DNA of 36,920 nucleotides. It comes from Candidatus Undinarchaeales archaeon. GTDB lineage: Archaea > SpSt-1190 > JASMDC01. Numbering within the stretch: position 1 is the first letter of the stretch; every line of letters begins with the position of its first letter. Position numbers and translations under genes: made by a program. The DNA lies in contig JASMDC010000034.1 of NCBI GenBank assembly GCA_030753015.1, positions 240 to 37,159 on the forward strand. The letters are read 5' to 3'. Below the pieces are notes generated by a model. The model had not been told where the DNA came from. It was given only the letters and a program-made list of their open reading frames with translations, and searched no databases. Shown piece by piece: positions 1-9,727 of this stretch.

Positions 1-3000
1 ACGAGCAGCTCGGCACCAACACCAACTCCGCCGCCACCCTGCAACGTCAACCTCGAAGGCACACCTTACCACATCAACACGCAGGATTGCATCTGCGAGT
101 TCCAGTGCGGACCCAACTGGGTGTATGAATCGCACAGCGAGGACCGGATCGATGTTGGTAATATCTACAAGGACTGTCCCAATCCTGAATCCGAAGAAAT
201 GAATAACGATGAGCCGTTCCTGACGAGCGTGACGTGTAAGTACGTTACGCCGACTCCCGAACCGACGCCGACTCCTACACCTTCCCCAACACCCACACCG
301 ACGCCCCCGACAGATATTATCGTAGCAAATACGGAACTGGTCCCGATAGCTCCGACGTTGACCGGGATATGGCAGCCAAATAACTACCTTGCCCAGCACG
401 GTATCAATCCGGACGACGTCCAGGACATCATACTTAAGTTCCAGATGCAAGGTGATCTGAGCGGTGAGTACCCTCCTTCAACTCCACTTGCGTCCCCGCT
501 GAACGAGTCAGTCTCCTTCTGGGTCGATGGTTTGTTCCTCGGTTATTATGGTAACTGCTATTCTGAGACCCAAGAACAAATACCATGCACGCAAGGTGGC
601 TGTTGTCAGTGTCCACAGACAGAGGTGTCTGTACTAGAGCTGGCACTCGACGACGAGCTCAGTATCCTGGTGAAAGGCACGAATGACATTTCCGGCGATC
701 CGTGCCAACTCGGCGCTCCTTTCCGAGCCGAGGTCATGCTCGTAGCAATTCTAAAGGAAGGTGCTGGAACTGGTACCGGTACAGGTACCGGTACAGGTAC
801 CGGTACGGGTACCGGAACCGGTACAGGTAGTGGCACAGGAAGTGGTACGGGTACAGGGGCGGCTTCGGATTACAATCCCACATACTGCACTGTATTGTCG
901 ACCGGCGTATGGGACGCTACAAATGGCTGCTGTGATACCGATGATGCCTGGTGCGCCGATGATGGATGGTACTGCTACGACGGTCATCGGTCACCGCTCT
1001 CCGATCTTTCGGGCGGTGCATGCGCCTGCCTCTCCCCTGGAAGCGGCTGGGACACAACACGCATGTGCTGTGATGCATGGGATTCTTGGCCGACGGCCTG
1101 TCACGCCGAGGAACCAGGGGAGGACCTTGGGGCAGTGGATGCCTACTTTGCTTCCGGAGCCGGACATACGGCGCTCCTTGATTTGGATAAAGAGAGTAAG
1201 ACCATCATAGATAAGATGCGCGAGGCCTACATGGTGGCCTACATATTCGATGCAGGCGCTGATATTTCTGAGATTAATGCGTTCCGAGGTCTGACCGAGG
1301 ATGAGTATCATACCCTGATCCGGGACACGCTCCGCACACGTGCGGACGCGCGGGTCAAGGAGATACTGGATATGCCCCTCTTCCAGCGCCCGCCGGACCC
1401 GACGGCCGATATAGTCGCACTGGTGAACAACGGCCTCACCGCAGAGGAGCTCGACAAGCTTTCTCGGTACAGCGAGAACCGCTCCTACGTGGCGGTCGTG
1501 CTCGGACGCATCGATGCCGCGAGCGTCCCGATCACGGTCAGTGTGGTCAAGCAGTTGGGGGACGACTCTCTCGGTGACGAAGTTCGGCGTCGCCTCATCA
1601 CGCATACCTGGTCGGTGTTCTCTCGCAGGCTCGATCACGATGCAAAGTTGTTCTCAAGTACCTGCTCGCTGGATTCGGACCTGCGCGCTCTCAACGTCCA
1701 AGATGATATCGACCTTGTGGCGATGGAGTACGCGCAGGTCAACGACCTCCTTGTTCTACTGGAGGACGATCCGGACGGTTCGATGTGCGGGAACTGGTTC
1801 AACCGCGGAGGGTGCGGGAGATGGAAAGCGTACACTGTCGCATCTCGTCCCGTCGACATACTCGCATGGACATGCAACGAACCGGAGTGTACATGCCTCT
1901 CACCGACATTCTCGGTCAATGATGTGCTCACGATGTCGAACGCGTTCTCTCCTGCTCAAGAGTACTCATTCCCAGAGGAACGAGGACAGAGCTGGACCGA
2001 CCGGTTCACGCCGTCCGCGGGTAGGATCATCGTAGAATCGGACGGGTGTTTCTTCCTCCGGATGTCCCAGAAGCTTCCCTATGGGCAATTCGTACCTCTC
2101 GATACCGAAGGGGATTGTACGAAGGTGTTTACAGGTGACGGCTGTAGCAGTGTCAAGGATTATGAAGCCCCCGATAGTGAGATTGTTGCTGAAGTGATGC
2201 CGTTCGATGAGAAGGAGGCGTCGCTCTTCGATCCACCTTGGTGGGACGAGAGATGGTCACACCGTGTTCCTGTCACGATCACCAATGCGGTCGCTACTGA
2301 TCTCACGAATGTGCAGGTCGTAGTACCTCTGGACACTAAGGCAATCATCGACGCCGGTAAGATGGGTTCGGATTGCGGCGATATCCGCGTCGTCGACCAA
2401 GAGGGAGCTCTCTTATCACATTGGGTGGGTCCTGACTGTGGGGGGACAGCGACGAAGGCATGGGTGAAGCTCGCAACCCTCCCGGCATCGGGCACAGTAG
2501 TCTTCCATATCTACTATGGGAACAAAGACGTAGGTTCGATCAGTGACGGCCCGTCCGTCTTCGCCCTCTTCGATGACTTCGAGGACGGTAATATCGACGG
2601 CTGGGCCGCCTCCCAGACACTTAAGGACGCCTCTGGGGAGACCTACCAGGTCACCGCCACCAGCGACTCTGCAGGCGCAGGCACGTACAGTCTTTTCATC
2701 GATACGCATGCCAGCTGCTACGCAACGCCGTGTTGCGGTATCTACGCACTAGCCTCCCGGGACGTCGGGCTCCCTGACGGCACGTACGTGGTCGATCTTC
2801 TACGACGGGCCTGGGGGCAGAGGTGGGGTTACTGTGGTAAAGGTGGTGGAGCATGGGTTCCCCGGTCGTTCGTGCGCCACGGTGATGCGGACATATTCTC
2901 AACGACAGCGACCTATACGAGCAACGAATGCGGGAGCGGGGACATCAACTGGGGCGAGGTGACAACTGATCCTTTCGATGTTACGGGCGGCACCGCCACA

Positions 3001-6000
3001 ATCCGCCTTGTCACATACTCCTGGGACTGTGAGGACGGCAGAGGATGGTTCGACGACGTGCGTGTCCGCAAGAGCGTGGACCCTGCACCTGCGGTCACCT
3101 CTGGCGACGAGGAGTCGCTGGAGCCAGAGAGCAGCGACTGGATTCCATCAAAAGCACCATTCGACGAGAACGTAGTTAACAGCGAGACGTCCGGAGGGTT
3201 CGGGACCGCGCTGGCTTTCGATGGCGTAGATGAATACGTGGCCGTGCCTTCTCATGCAACGATCAACTTCGCAGGGGATGACGACTTCACCCTCGAGGCC
3301 TGGGTGTACAACGAGGCTGATGGGACCGCATCACACATCATCGGAAAGCGGTTCGTCGGGCGTTGCGATCTCAGCCTCTATCTGGAGGTGAAAGCGGACA
3401 ACAAGCTCACGTTCGGCATAGACAGCTTCTCGTGCTCGACGTGTGGTGGCTCGAGCGCTCGTTGCTGGAGCTGGACCACGTCCACAACAGAAGTGCCTGC
3501 CAACCGTTGGGCTCATGTGGCGATAGCGAAGAGCGGATACGACGTCAAGATGTACATCAACGGAAAGCTCGACGCCACGGGCACGCTATCGTCCGAATCC
3601 TACGGCGCCAAGACCGCCGCCACCGAACTGAGGATCGGCCGGTCGCGCGGTGAGCATCCTAATGACGTCGTCGATTATTTCAATGGCAAGATCGACGAGG
3701 TGCGTGTCTGGAACACCGCTCTGAACGAGGGGACGATCCGCGATTGGATGTACAAGACGGTCGATGCGACACACACTTCATATTCCAACCTCGTGGCTTA
3801 CTACCCGTTCGATGAGGGCGAGGGCAATACCGCTGCCGACCTCGCGGGTGGGGACAACGATGGAACACTTATGAACATGGAAGGAGGTCCCGTACTCGTC
3901 GAGGTCGCCGCCGATGTGTGTGGTGACGGCCAAAGGGGTTTCGCCTTCCGGGACAGGAATGGTGACGGTATCAATGACGCGCTATGCTCACCGCCCCCGA
4001 AGACCGGATGCTGGTGCACGGGCCCCGACTGCTGTTGTTGCTACGTCAAGTATCACGATCACGATCTTGGCGCCGTGTACAAGCCGGAAGCGCTCGTCGT
4101 CCAGTTCGCGTCTAGCTACCCGAGCCCTGGGAAGAGCGCTGAGGTGTCAGTGTCCACCGATGGTCACGAATGGACCCTGATCGGCGAGACAAATCCCGGT
4201 TGGAAAGGGAGTCCGCGCAACACAACCTTCAATGTCAAGGGTAAATCCTTCCGATTTGTTCGTGTCAAAGCCACACAAGGGTACAACGACGACTGGTCGG
4301 GCGTATGGGTTTACGAATCTGAACGTCATGGTCCCTTCGACCTCGCGTTCGGCCGTGCGGGTGATACACTGGACACCCCGTCGATCTCTTGTGGTAGCCT
4401 CCCTTGCCGCTATATATTCAAACCGGGGGCGGGTAATCTCCAGGTCGCGACCGACCAGGAACTGAACATCACGCTCCGCAAGCTCGGGACGTTCGAACGG
4501 ATAATCAAGCCGGCAGCCCAGGACATGATCGCGAGCGCTGAGGAGGACCAGATCGCCGTCATCGAGAACCTCATCGCGATTCTCGGCGACGCTCCGGAGG
4601 GTCTTGGTATCGGCCAAGAGCTCCGGGAGATCGGAAGGGAGGCATCTGAGGTGCTCAACCAGAGCGTCGATGTCATTTTCGCGAGCGAGGCCCTGTATTC
4701 CGTCGGTCTGGACCTGAACATAACTGGGCTAACGAACGAGACCCTCGAAGCCCTGGTGAACGGTACATGGCTCGCTCTACAGCTCGATATCGAAGGATCC
4801 CGGGAGGTCATCTCCGACGCGGCCTCACTATCGGATCATGCGGCCCGGACCATCCGTACCAGAGAGAACGTGCGCACGATCGCGGAACAGGCATTAGTGA
4901 AGGTAATCCTTGAACGGGCCTCCGCGGCGAAGGAGGGCCGTCTCGCCCTCGTACTCGGCGCTCGCAAGCTCGTCGTGGATATCTATGCGAGCGTTCTCGG
5001 CTTTGAGGCGACGGCTGAGCTAGTCGCCAAGCTCAATCTCGCTATCGAGGAGTTAAAGAAGCCCGAGCCTGACGAGGCCATCGTCGAGGACGCCCTGCAG
5101 TTCGTACGTGAGAACCTCCCCGAGGTCGAGTATATGGGTTCGAACGTCGTACCCGTCCTCGGACTGGGTCGGGGGGAGCTCGCAGCTTCGGCACGCATTG
5201 CCGGCGGGACCTCTACGGGGATGTCCACAGTCGTAGAACGAATGCAGGGTCTGATCGAGGGGACATCCGTTAATACATCAGTCGACACCTACCTTGTTAA
5301 TGGCAAGCAGGTCTCTGTGTTCACCATGTCAATCGAGAACGAGGGGGACAAGGAGCTAAAGGACGTGGGCATGCCCCTCAAGATCGCGAAATGTCATCTC
5401 ACATGGTTCAACGATGCTAACTTCGACGAGAAGCCGTCGATGGTGCGGCCCGATCCGCTCGTGCTCTGGAACCTCGGCAACCTCAGGCCCAAGCAGAAGA
5501 CCGAGCTCAAGTTCTCGACGACGCGTATCTTCTGCTCGGACGGCTCCACGTGCACAGGGGGCGCCTTCTGCGCGGACATCTGCCTCACCTTGGGACAGTG
5601 CGCGACGTCCTGCCAGGTATGTGGTCAGGTGTGCGACTCCGATCCCGATAAGGACGAGATGTGCTCGAGCGATGGTGGGTGCGTACCAAGGGGCTCGAAG
5701 CTCCGTAACGAGCGGTGTGGATGCGATCCTGAGTGCGAGACGGACAACTGTGTCCGCAGCGTGTGCTGCGAAAAGAACGAGTTCGCTGATGCTTCGGGAC
5801 AGTGCACCGATGTCGTGAACATGATGAATGTAGAAGTGGAAGCGCTCTCGATAGTGCTCGATGACGAACGCGTGATCCCGATCCACCTAATAAATCCTCT
5901 CAGTCGGCTCGCAGACGTGGACGTCATCATCGTGGAGGGCGGGGCGTTCGCTGAACTTTCGCGACAAAAGGTCGCCCTCGGTCCGGGCGAGAAGCAGCTG

Positions 6001-6234
6001 ATCGGGCTCCGTGTACAGGCCCTCCAGGCCGGCACCCATTCCGTGGTGCTCGACCTGAGCTCGGCTGACGGGATACGTGAATCCTTATCCATTTCCGTAC
6101 AGGTGCTCACGGATACAGAATCGATGGGCATCGAGATGCGTACGGCACCCGGTCCCGGCCTACCCTTGCTGACGGTCCTTGCGGCAGTATGCGCTTTGTG
6201 GACCTCCACTGGACGTCGACGCGAGAGTGACTGA
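1..6234 (+). CDS. Very large mosaic cell-surface protein, 5'-truncated (Pro/Thr and Gly/Thr linkers, Cys-rich repeats, DUF2341-like, LamG/ConA-like, F5/8-like and Ig-like domains, PGF-CTERM-like tail)
   Basis: Frame 1 is open from base 1 (TSSSAPTPTPPPPCNV...), so the GTG at 121 is not the true start. DUF2341-type WWDERWSHRVPVTI...GDIRVVD...WVKL...YYGN...FDDFE from 2239; LamG-type ALAFDGVDEYV...FTLEAWV...WAHVAI...YINGKL...FNGKIDEVRVWN at ~3205-3880; C-terminal APGPG + hydrophobic stretch + RRR. Confidence 0.85.
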   Translation, partial: TSSSAPTPTPPPPCNVNLEGTPYHINTQDCICEFQCGPNWVYESHSEDRIDVGNIYKDCPNPESEEMNNDEPFLTSVTCKYVTPTPEPTPTPTPSPTPTPTPPTDIIVANTELVPIAPTLTGIWQPNNYLAQHGINPDDVQDIILKFQMQGDLSGEYPPSTPLASPLNESVSFWVDGLFLGYYGNCYSETQEQIPCTQGGCCQCPQTEVSVLELALDDELSILVKGTNDISGDPCQLGAPFRAEVMLVAILKEGAGTGTGTGTGTGTGTGTGTGTGSGTGSGTGTGAASDYNPTYCTVLSTGVWDATNGCCDTDDAWCADDGWYCYDGHRSPLSDLSGGACACLSPGSGWDTTRMCCDAWDSWPTACHAEEPGEDLGAVDAYFASGAGHTALLDLDKESKTIIDKMREAYMVAYIFDAGADISEINAFRGLTEDEYHTLIRDTLRTRADARVKEILDMPLFQRPPDPTADIVALVNNGLTAEELDKLSRYSENRSYVAVVLGRIDAASVPITVSVVKQLGDDSLGDEVRRRLITHTWSVFSRRLDHDAKLFSSTCSLDSDLRALNVQDDIDLVAMEYAQVNDLLVLLEDDPDGSMCGNWFNRGGCGRWKAYTVASRPVDILAWTCNEPECTCLSPTFSVNDVLTMSNAFSPAQEYSFPEERGQSWTDRFTPSAGRIIVESDGCFFLRMSQKLPYGQFVPLDTEGDCTKVFTGDGCSSVKDYEAPDSEIVAEVMPFDEKEASLFDPPWWDERWSHRVPVTITNAVATDLTNVQVVVPLDTKAIIDAGKMGSDCGDIRVVDQEGALLSHWVGPDCGGTATKAWVKLATLPASGTVVFHIYYGNKDVGSISDGPSVFALFDDFEDGNIDGWAASQTLKDASGETYQVTATSDSAGAGTYSLFIDTHASCYATPCCGIYALASRDVGLPDGTYVVDLLRRAWGQRWGYCGKGGGAWVPRSFVRHGDADIFSTTATYTSNECGSGDINWGEVTTDPFDVTGGTATIRLVTYSWDCEDGRGWFDDVRVRKSVDPAPAVTSGDEESLEPESSDWIPSKAPFDENVVNSETSGGFGTALAFDGVDEYVAVPSHATINFAGDDDFTLEAWVYNEADGTASHIIGKRFVGRCDLSLYLEVKADNKLTFGIDSFSCSTCGGSSARCWSWTTSTTEVPANRWAHVAIAKSGYDVKMYINGKLDATGTLSSESYGAKTAATELRIGRSRGEHPNDVVDYFNGKIDEVRVWNTALNEGTIRDWMYKTVDATHTSYSNLVAYYPFDEGEGNTAADLAGGDNDGTLMNMEGGPVLVEVAADVCGDGQRGFAFRDRNGDGINDALCSPPPKTGCWCTGPDCCCCYVKYHDHDLGAVYKPEALVVQFASSYPSPGKSAEVSVSTDGHEWTLIGETNPGWKGSPRNTTFNVKGKSFRFVRVKATQGYNDDWSGVWVYESERHGPFDLAFGRAGDTLDTPSISCGSLPCRYIFKPGAGNLQVATDQELNITLRKLGTFERIIKPAAQDMIASAEEDQIAVIENLIAILGDAPEGLGIGQELREIGREASEVLNQSVDVIFASEALYSVGLDLNITGLTNETLEALVNGTWLALQLDIEGSREVISDAASLSDHAARTIRTRENVRTIAEQALVKVILERASAAKEGRLALVLGARKLVVDIYASVLGFEATAELVAKLNLAIEELKKPEPDEAIVEDALQFVRENLPEVEYMGSNVVPVLGLGRGELAASARIAGGTSTGMSTVVERMQGLIEGTSVNTSVDTYLVNGKQVSVFTMSIENEGDKELKDVGMPLKIAKCHLTWFNDANFDEKPSMVRPDPLVLWNLGNLRPKQKTELKFSTTRIFCSDGSTCTGGAFCADICLTLGQCATSCQVCGQVCDSDPDKDEMCSSDGGCVPRGSKLRNERCGCDPECETDNCVRSVCCEKNEFADASGQCTDVVNMMNVEVEALSIVLDDERVIPIHLINPLSRLADVDVIIVEGGAFAELSRQKVALGPGEKQLIGLRVQALQAGTHSVVLDLSSADGIRESLSISVQVLTDTESMGIEMRTAPGPGLPLLTVLAAVCALWTSTGRRRESD
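247..312 (+). repeat. Pro/Thr low-complexity linker (TPTPEPTPTPTPSPTPTPTPPT)
   Basis: Degenerate ACN-CCN codon repeat inside the surface-protein ORF. Confidence 0.85.
760..858 (+). repeat. Hexanucleotide (GGNACN)n repeat encoding a Gly-Thr/Ser linker
   Basis: ggtaccggtacaggtaccggtacaggtaccggtacgggtacc... translates to GAGTGTGTGT...GSGTGSGTGTG. Confidence 0.9.
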
Positions 6235-6245
6235 GGAGAAGGACC

Positions 6246-6830
6246 ATGACGCCCGCAGCTGGGACATGTACCGGTTGGGGTGGCCAGAACACCGCGATGG
6301 GGAAACCGTCCGGATTCTCCTATCCACAGCCCACGTATTATGGGAATAATCTGGCGCAGCAACGGTCTGAACAGGTCGCGTGGACACCACCTGAAGAGAA
6401 AGAGAGCGGCGGTTGGAGTGCTGGAAGGATCCTCATGCTCCTCATCATCCTCGTCGGGATAGTGGGTCTTCTCGTCTGGCGGAGCGGTCTCGTCCCAACG
6501 TCGTCATCAAGCACGGGGCAATCCGGTATCGCTGAAGGGGTACACGCCATCGAGGCGACACTGAACAAGAACTCGTTCTCGGTCGGAGAGACCGTCGTCA
6601 TGCAGGGGATGCGTATCGGAGCTGCACCCGGTGAAGAAGAGACGATACGCAGCATGTGCGAGTGGCGTGACCTGGAGCGGGGTACGTCAGAGAGCACGGA
6701 CGCGGCGGTGGACGACTTCGGGATGTTCTCTCACAGCTTCACACCCCGGCATGTGGGTCAGTACGAGGTCGGCCTCTACGTGGGTGGTTCGGTGACCCCA
6801 CAGACGACGCTCACTTTCACCGTCACCTAA
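6246..6830 (+). CDS. Single-pass membrane protein with C-terminal Ig-like beta domain
   Basis: Follows the giant ORF by 11 nt with a GAGGAGAAGG RBS; TM segment ILMLLIILVGIVGLLVW; LNKNSFSVGETV...HSFTPRHVGQYEV pattern. Confidence 0.75.
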   Translation: MTPAAGTCTGWGGQNTAMGKPSGFSYPQPTYYGNNLAQQRSEQVAWTPPEEKESGGWSAGRILMLLIILVGIVGLLVWRSGLVPTSSSSTGQSGIAEGVHAIEATLNKNSFSVGETVVMQGMRIGAAPGEEETIRSMCEWRDLERGTSESTDAAVDDFGMFSHSFTPRHVGQYEVGLYVGGSVTPQTTLTFTVT

Positions 6831-6922
6831 GGACGGCTGCCTCCGTGCACCCCGGTGACAGGGGGCAGGCCAATCGGTGGCGCTTAAAAATCTACGTCAG
6901 ACGTCCGGAGCGAGGGACGGAT

Positions 6923-8410
6923 ATGTCTCAGAAAAGCTTCACACTATCGGGTGTGCTCCCCGCGCTCGTCACTCCTTTCGATAAGGAGGAGGACCTTGAC
7001 GAACCCGCGTACCGCACGCTCATCTCACATCTCATCGACCAGGGGGTCACCGGAGTGGTTCCAATGGGTACTACGGGCGAGTTCTCCAACATGACACTAG
7101 AGGAGCGCCAGCGTGCCGTGGAGGTGTGCATCGATGAGGTGAACGGGAGGGTGCCCGTGGTCGCAGGTATCGGTGACAGCGCTACCAAGCACGTCATCGC
7201 AGGAGGCCTTCATGCCATGGACGCGGGTGCGGACGCCGTCATCATCGTCACGCCCTACTACCTCAAGCCCGGGGCCAAGGGGCTCTACGAGCACTACGAC
7301 ACCATCGCCAGCAAGCTCGAGCTGCCCATCGTGCTCTACAACATCCCCGTGTGCACGGGGCTCAACCTCCCCTGGCAGGTGGTGGAGGACCTGGCCGACA
7401 TCGACAACATCGTTGCCATCAAGGACTCGTCAGGTGACATGAGGTACTTCATGTCCGTCCTGGAGAAGGTGGGCGACACACTTTCGGTGCTCATCGGTTG
7501 GGACGAGCTGGTCCAGCCCGCCCTTGCCGCCGGTGCTCATGGGATGATACTTGCCTCGGCCAACATAATCCCGGACATGTGGCTCCAGGTCTACGATCAT
7601 ATGAAGGAGGGCCGCATCGAAGAGGCCGTCGCCATCCAGCGAAAGGTCCAGAAGTTCACGCGCATCATCGTTGCCAGTGGCGCCCTCGGTACCAAGTGCT
7701 GCATGAACGACATGGGCGTCATACCGTCGGCCCGATGCCGTAAGCCCCTCATGCTCGGCGACACCCTATCCTTTGAGTTCCGCGACGAGCTGCGGGTTGA
7801 GCTGGAGACGTTCGGCAAGCTGGAGAAGAAGGCCATCACCTTCGAGTTCTCGCCCGATGAGCGTCTCGACTCTCGGTTCTTCCGCGTGGGCCTCACTCCC
7901 GAGACCATCAGCGGCTTCGACCTGCGTATCGGCGAGGCGCTGGTGGGCGACGGGAACGAGGTGGCCCACATCGACATACTCATCGGCAAGCGCGACGGAC
8001 CGGTGGGCGATGCCTATGCCCGTGCGCTCTCCAATCCCGTGAAGGGCTATGAGGTGCTACAGGTCATCCTGGAGCCGAACATGGTCGTCAAACCCAGTAC
8101 GATCATGGTCCCCACGGTGAGGAATCAGAGCCTCCGCCACTCGAGCCTTGTGTACGGCCCCGCCCAGGCTGCCATCGGCAAGGCGATCATGGACTCGGTG
8201 GAGGCTGGGATCCTGCCCGAAGTGGAGGAGCTGTTGATGATCGCCAACGTGTTCGTCCACCCGTCCGCCTCGCGACGAAAGCGAATCCATATCAACAACT
8301 ACAAGGCCATGCGCAACGCTATCAGGCACGCCATGGAAGGAACCCCCACGGTGGCAGACGCGCTCGAGCACGCCCGCTCTGCGCGCCACCCGTTCAGGGA
8401 CGAGATCTAG
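6923..8410 (+). CDS. fae: Fusion: DapA/NanA-family class I aldolase (N-terminal ~300 aa) + formaldehyde-activating enzyme Fae (C-terminal ~160 aa)
   Basis: PALVTPF, MGTTGEF, IVLYNIP and Schiff-base IKDSSGD motifs; from 7925 IGEALVGDGNEVAHIDILIG...GPAQAAIGKAI...VFVHP...NNYKA...HPF matches Fae. Start moved to ATG 6923 (GAGGGA RBS; CTTAAAAA box at 6883-6890). Confidence 0.9.
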   Translation: MSQKSFTLSGVLPALVTPFDKEEDLDEPAYRTLISHLIDQGVTGVVPMGTTGEFSNMTLEERQRAVEVCIDEVNGRVPVVAGIGDSATKHVIAGGLHAMDAGADAVIIVTPYYLKPGAKGLYEHYDTIASKLELPIVLYNIPVCTGLNLPWQVVEDLADIDNIVAIKDSSGDMRYFMSVLEKVGDTLSVLIGWDELVQPALAAGAHGMILASANIIPDMWLQVYDHMKEGRIEEAVAIQRKVQKFTRIIVASGALGTKCCMNDMGVIPSARCRKPLMLGDTLSFEFRDELRVELETFGKLEKKAITFEFSPDERLDSRFFRVGLTPETISGFDLRIGEALVGDGNEVAHIDILIGKRDGPVGDAYARALSNPVKGYEVLQVILEPNMVVKPSTIMVPTVRNQSLRHSSLVYGPAQAAIGKAIMDSVEAGILPEVEELLMIANVFVHPSASRRKRIHINNYKAMRNAIRHAMEGTPTVADALEHARSARHPFRDEI

Positions 8411-8443
8411 GATATTCATGAGATAGACAAAGAGGATGATACC

Positions 8444-9700
8444 ATGGACATCAAGGACCTACAGATCACCCAGACGCGCCTCGACGAGGTGAACGCCGTC
8501 CTCACGGACCCTACCAATGACCTCGTCTCCGACCTGTTCAAGCTCATCGAGAAGTACGGTGGCATCGAGGAGATCCGCCGAAGAGCCGCTGAAGCAGGTA
8601 AGGTGAAGAACATTATGCTGCGCCTTGGCGAGATGCGCTCGCCCTTCGTAAAGGACCTGGAGTGGCTCATCGAGCAGAAGGAGAAGGGCGCGTTCATCTC
8701 CATCGATGACTACCGGAAGAAGACGCTGGGCGACAAAGCCGTGGGAATGACCTTCGATACTACCTCGGCGGTCACGCTCGAGATAAGCGCTTGCCAGTAC
8801 TTCTCCTTCTTCATGGCGCAGGCCCGTCAGGCCATAGAAAAGGGAGAGCTCATGCCCGGTCGCTTCATCCGCGTCCGGAACATGAAGGAGCAGGAGTCCG
8901 ACGGCGACCTTCTGGCCATGACCGCGGCCATGCAGATCATCGGCGCCAGCTGGTGCGAGACCTTGGACACTAAGGGGACCGACGGTTCCAACGTGCACCT
9001 GGGTGGTCCCGAGACCATCACCGGCTACTTCGGCGGGGTCGGTCAGCCAAACGAGTACGCTCTCAAATGGGCGGACGAGTTCCTCTACTATCACACCAAC
9101 TTTGGTGTGAAAGAGGTGCTCAACCTCAATCCAGGGACCGTGCTCATCGGCTACCTCCTCTACAGGCTCGGAGTCGATATCCAGTTCAAGATATCGGTGT
9201 TCATGGGCAATGACAATCCCTACGCTGTGATGTGGACGCTCATGCTAGCGAGGCTGCTCGCTCGTGAGGACGGTACGACTCCCCTCATCGGATTCAACTT
9301 CTCCAACTCCGTGGACAACACGACCATCGAGGCCAGCTCTCATGTCCGCAAATCCCTAGGACTCGAGGAGAACGTCAGGTTCGAGCATCACATCACCGAG
9401 ACCTGGAAGAGCATCGTGCGCCAGCCCTACAACCGGAGAGACGAGCTCATGGAGATCGCACCGACGGTGCCCAACATCTCGGCCAAGCACGAGGGCGGTG
9501 AGGTCGATGTGGACAGTAAGCGTGATCACCCGTCGGACATCCTCGACTACTTCGTACCGCGTGCGGACATCGAGGCGCAGGGGCTCATGGATGCAATGAC
9601 CCGTAACTATCTGGACAAACACGAATCGGTGAACATCACTGCTCGGGCACTGATGGAGCACGGCCAGACGTTCGTAGCGGCGACCGAACTGCACAAGTAG
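8444..9700 (+). CDS. 418-aa soluble protein of unknown function, probably an enzyme, co-transcribed with the DapA-Fae fusion
   Basis: 33-nt gap with GAGGATGA RBS; strongly C/G-ending codons like the upstream gene; motif-like segments ETLDTKGTDGSNVHLGG, GYFGGVGQPN, EHHITE, KHEGG. Confidence 0.85.
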   Translation: MDIKDLQITQTRLDEVNAVLTDPTNDLVSDLFKLIEKYGGIEEIRRRAAEAGKVKNIMLRLGEMRSPFVKDLEWLIEQKEKGAFISIDDYRKKTLGDKAVGMTFDTTSAVTLEISACQYFSFFMAQARQAIEKGELMPGRFIRVRNMKEQESDGDLLAMTAAMQIIGASWCETLDTKGTDGSNVHLGGPETITGYFGGVGQPNEYALKWADEFLYYHTNFGVKEVLNLNPGTVLIGYLLYRLGVDIQFKISVFMGNDNPYAVMWTLMLARLLAREDGTTPLIGFNFSNSVDNTTIEASSHVRKSLGLEENVRFEHHITETWKSIVRQPYNRRDELMEIAPTVPNISAKHEGGEVDVDSKRDHPSDILDYFVPRADIEAQGLMDAMTRNYLDKHESVNITARALMEHGQTFVAATELHK

Positions 9701-9727
9701 GCCCACTCTTAGCGGAGCATCGTCCCA

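Noticed and set aside
760-858. Short-period repeat as a possible CRISPR array or contingency locus
   Set aside because: No spacers; third-position variation preserves a Gly-Thr linker, so it is a protein-level repeat.
6923-7850. Calling the gene a plain dapA for lysine biosynthesis
   Set aside because: The DHDPS-specific Arg is replaced by Cys, the protein is fused to Fae, and no dapB/asd/lysC neighbours are present.
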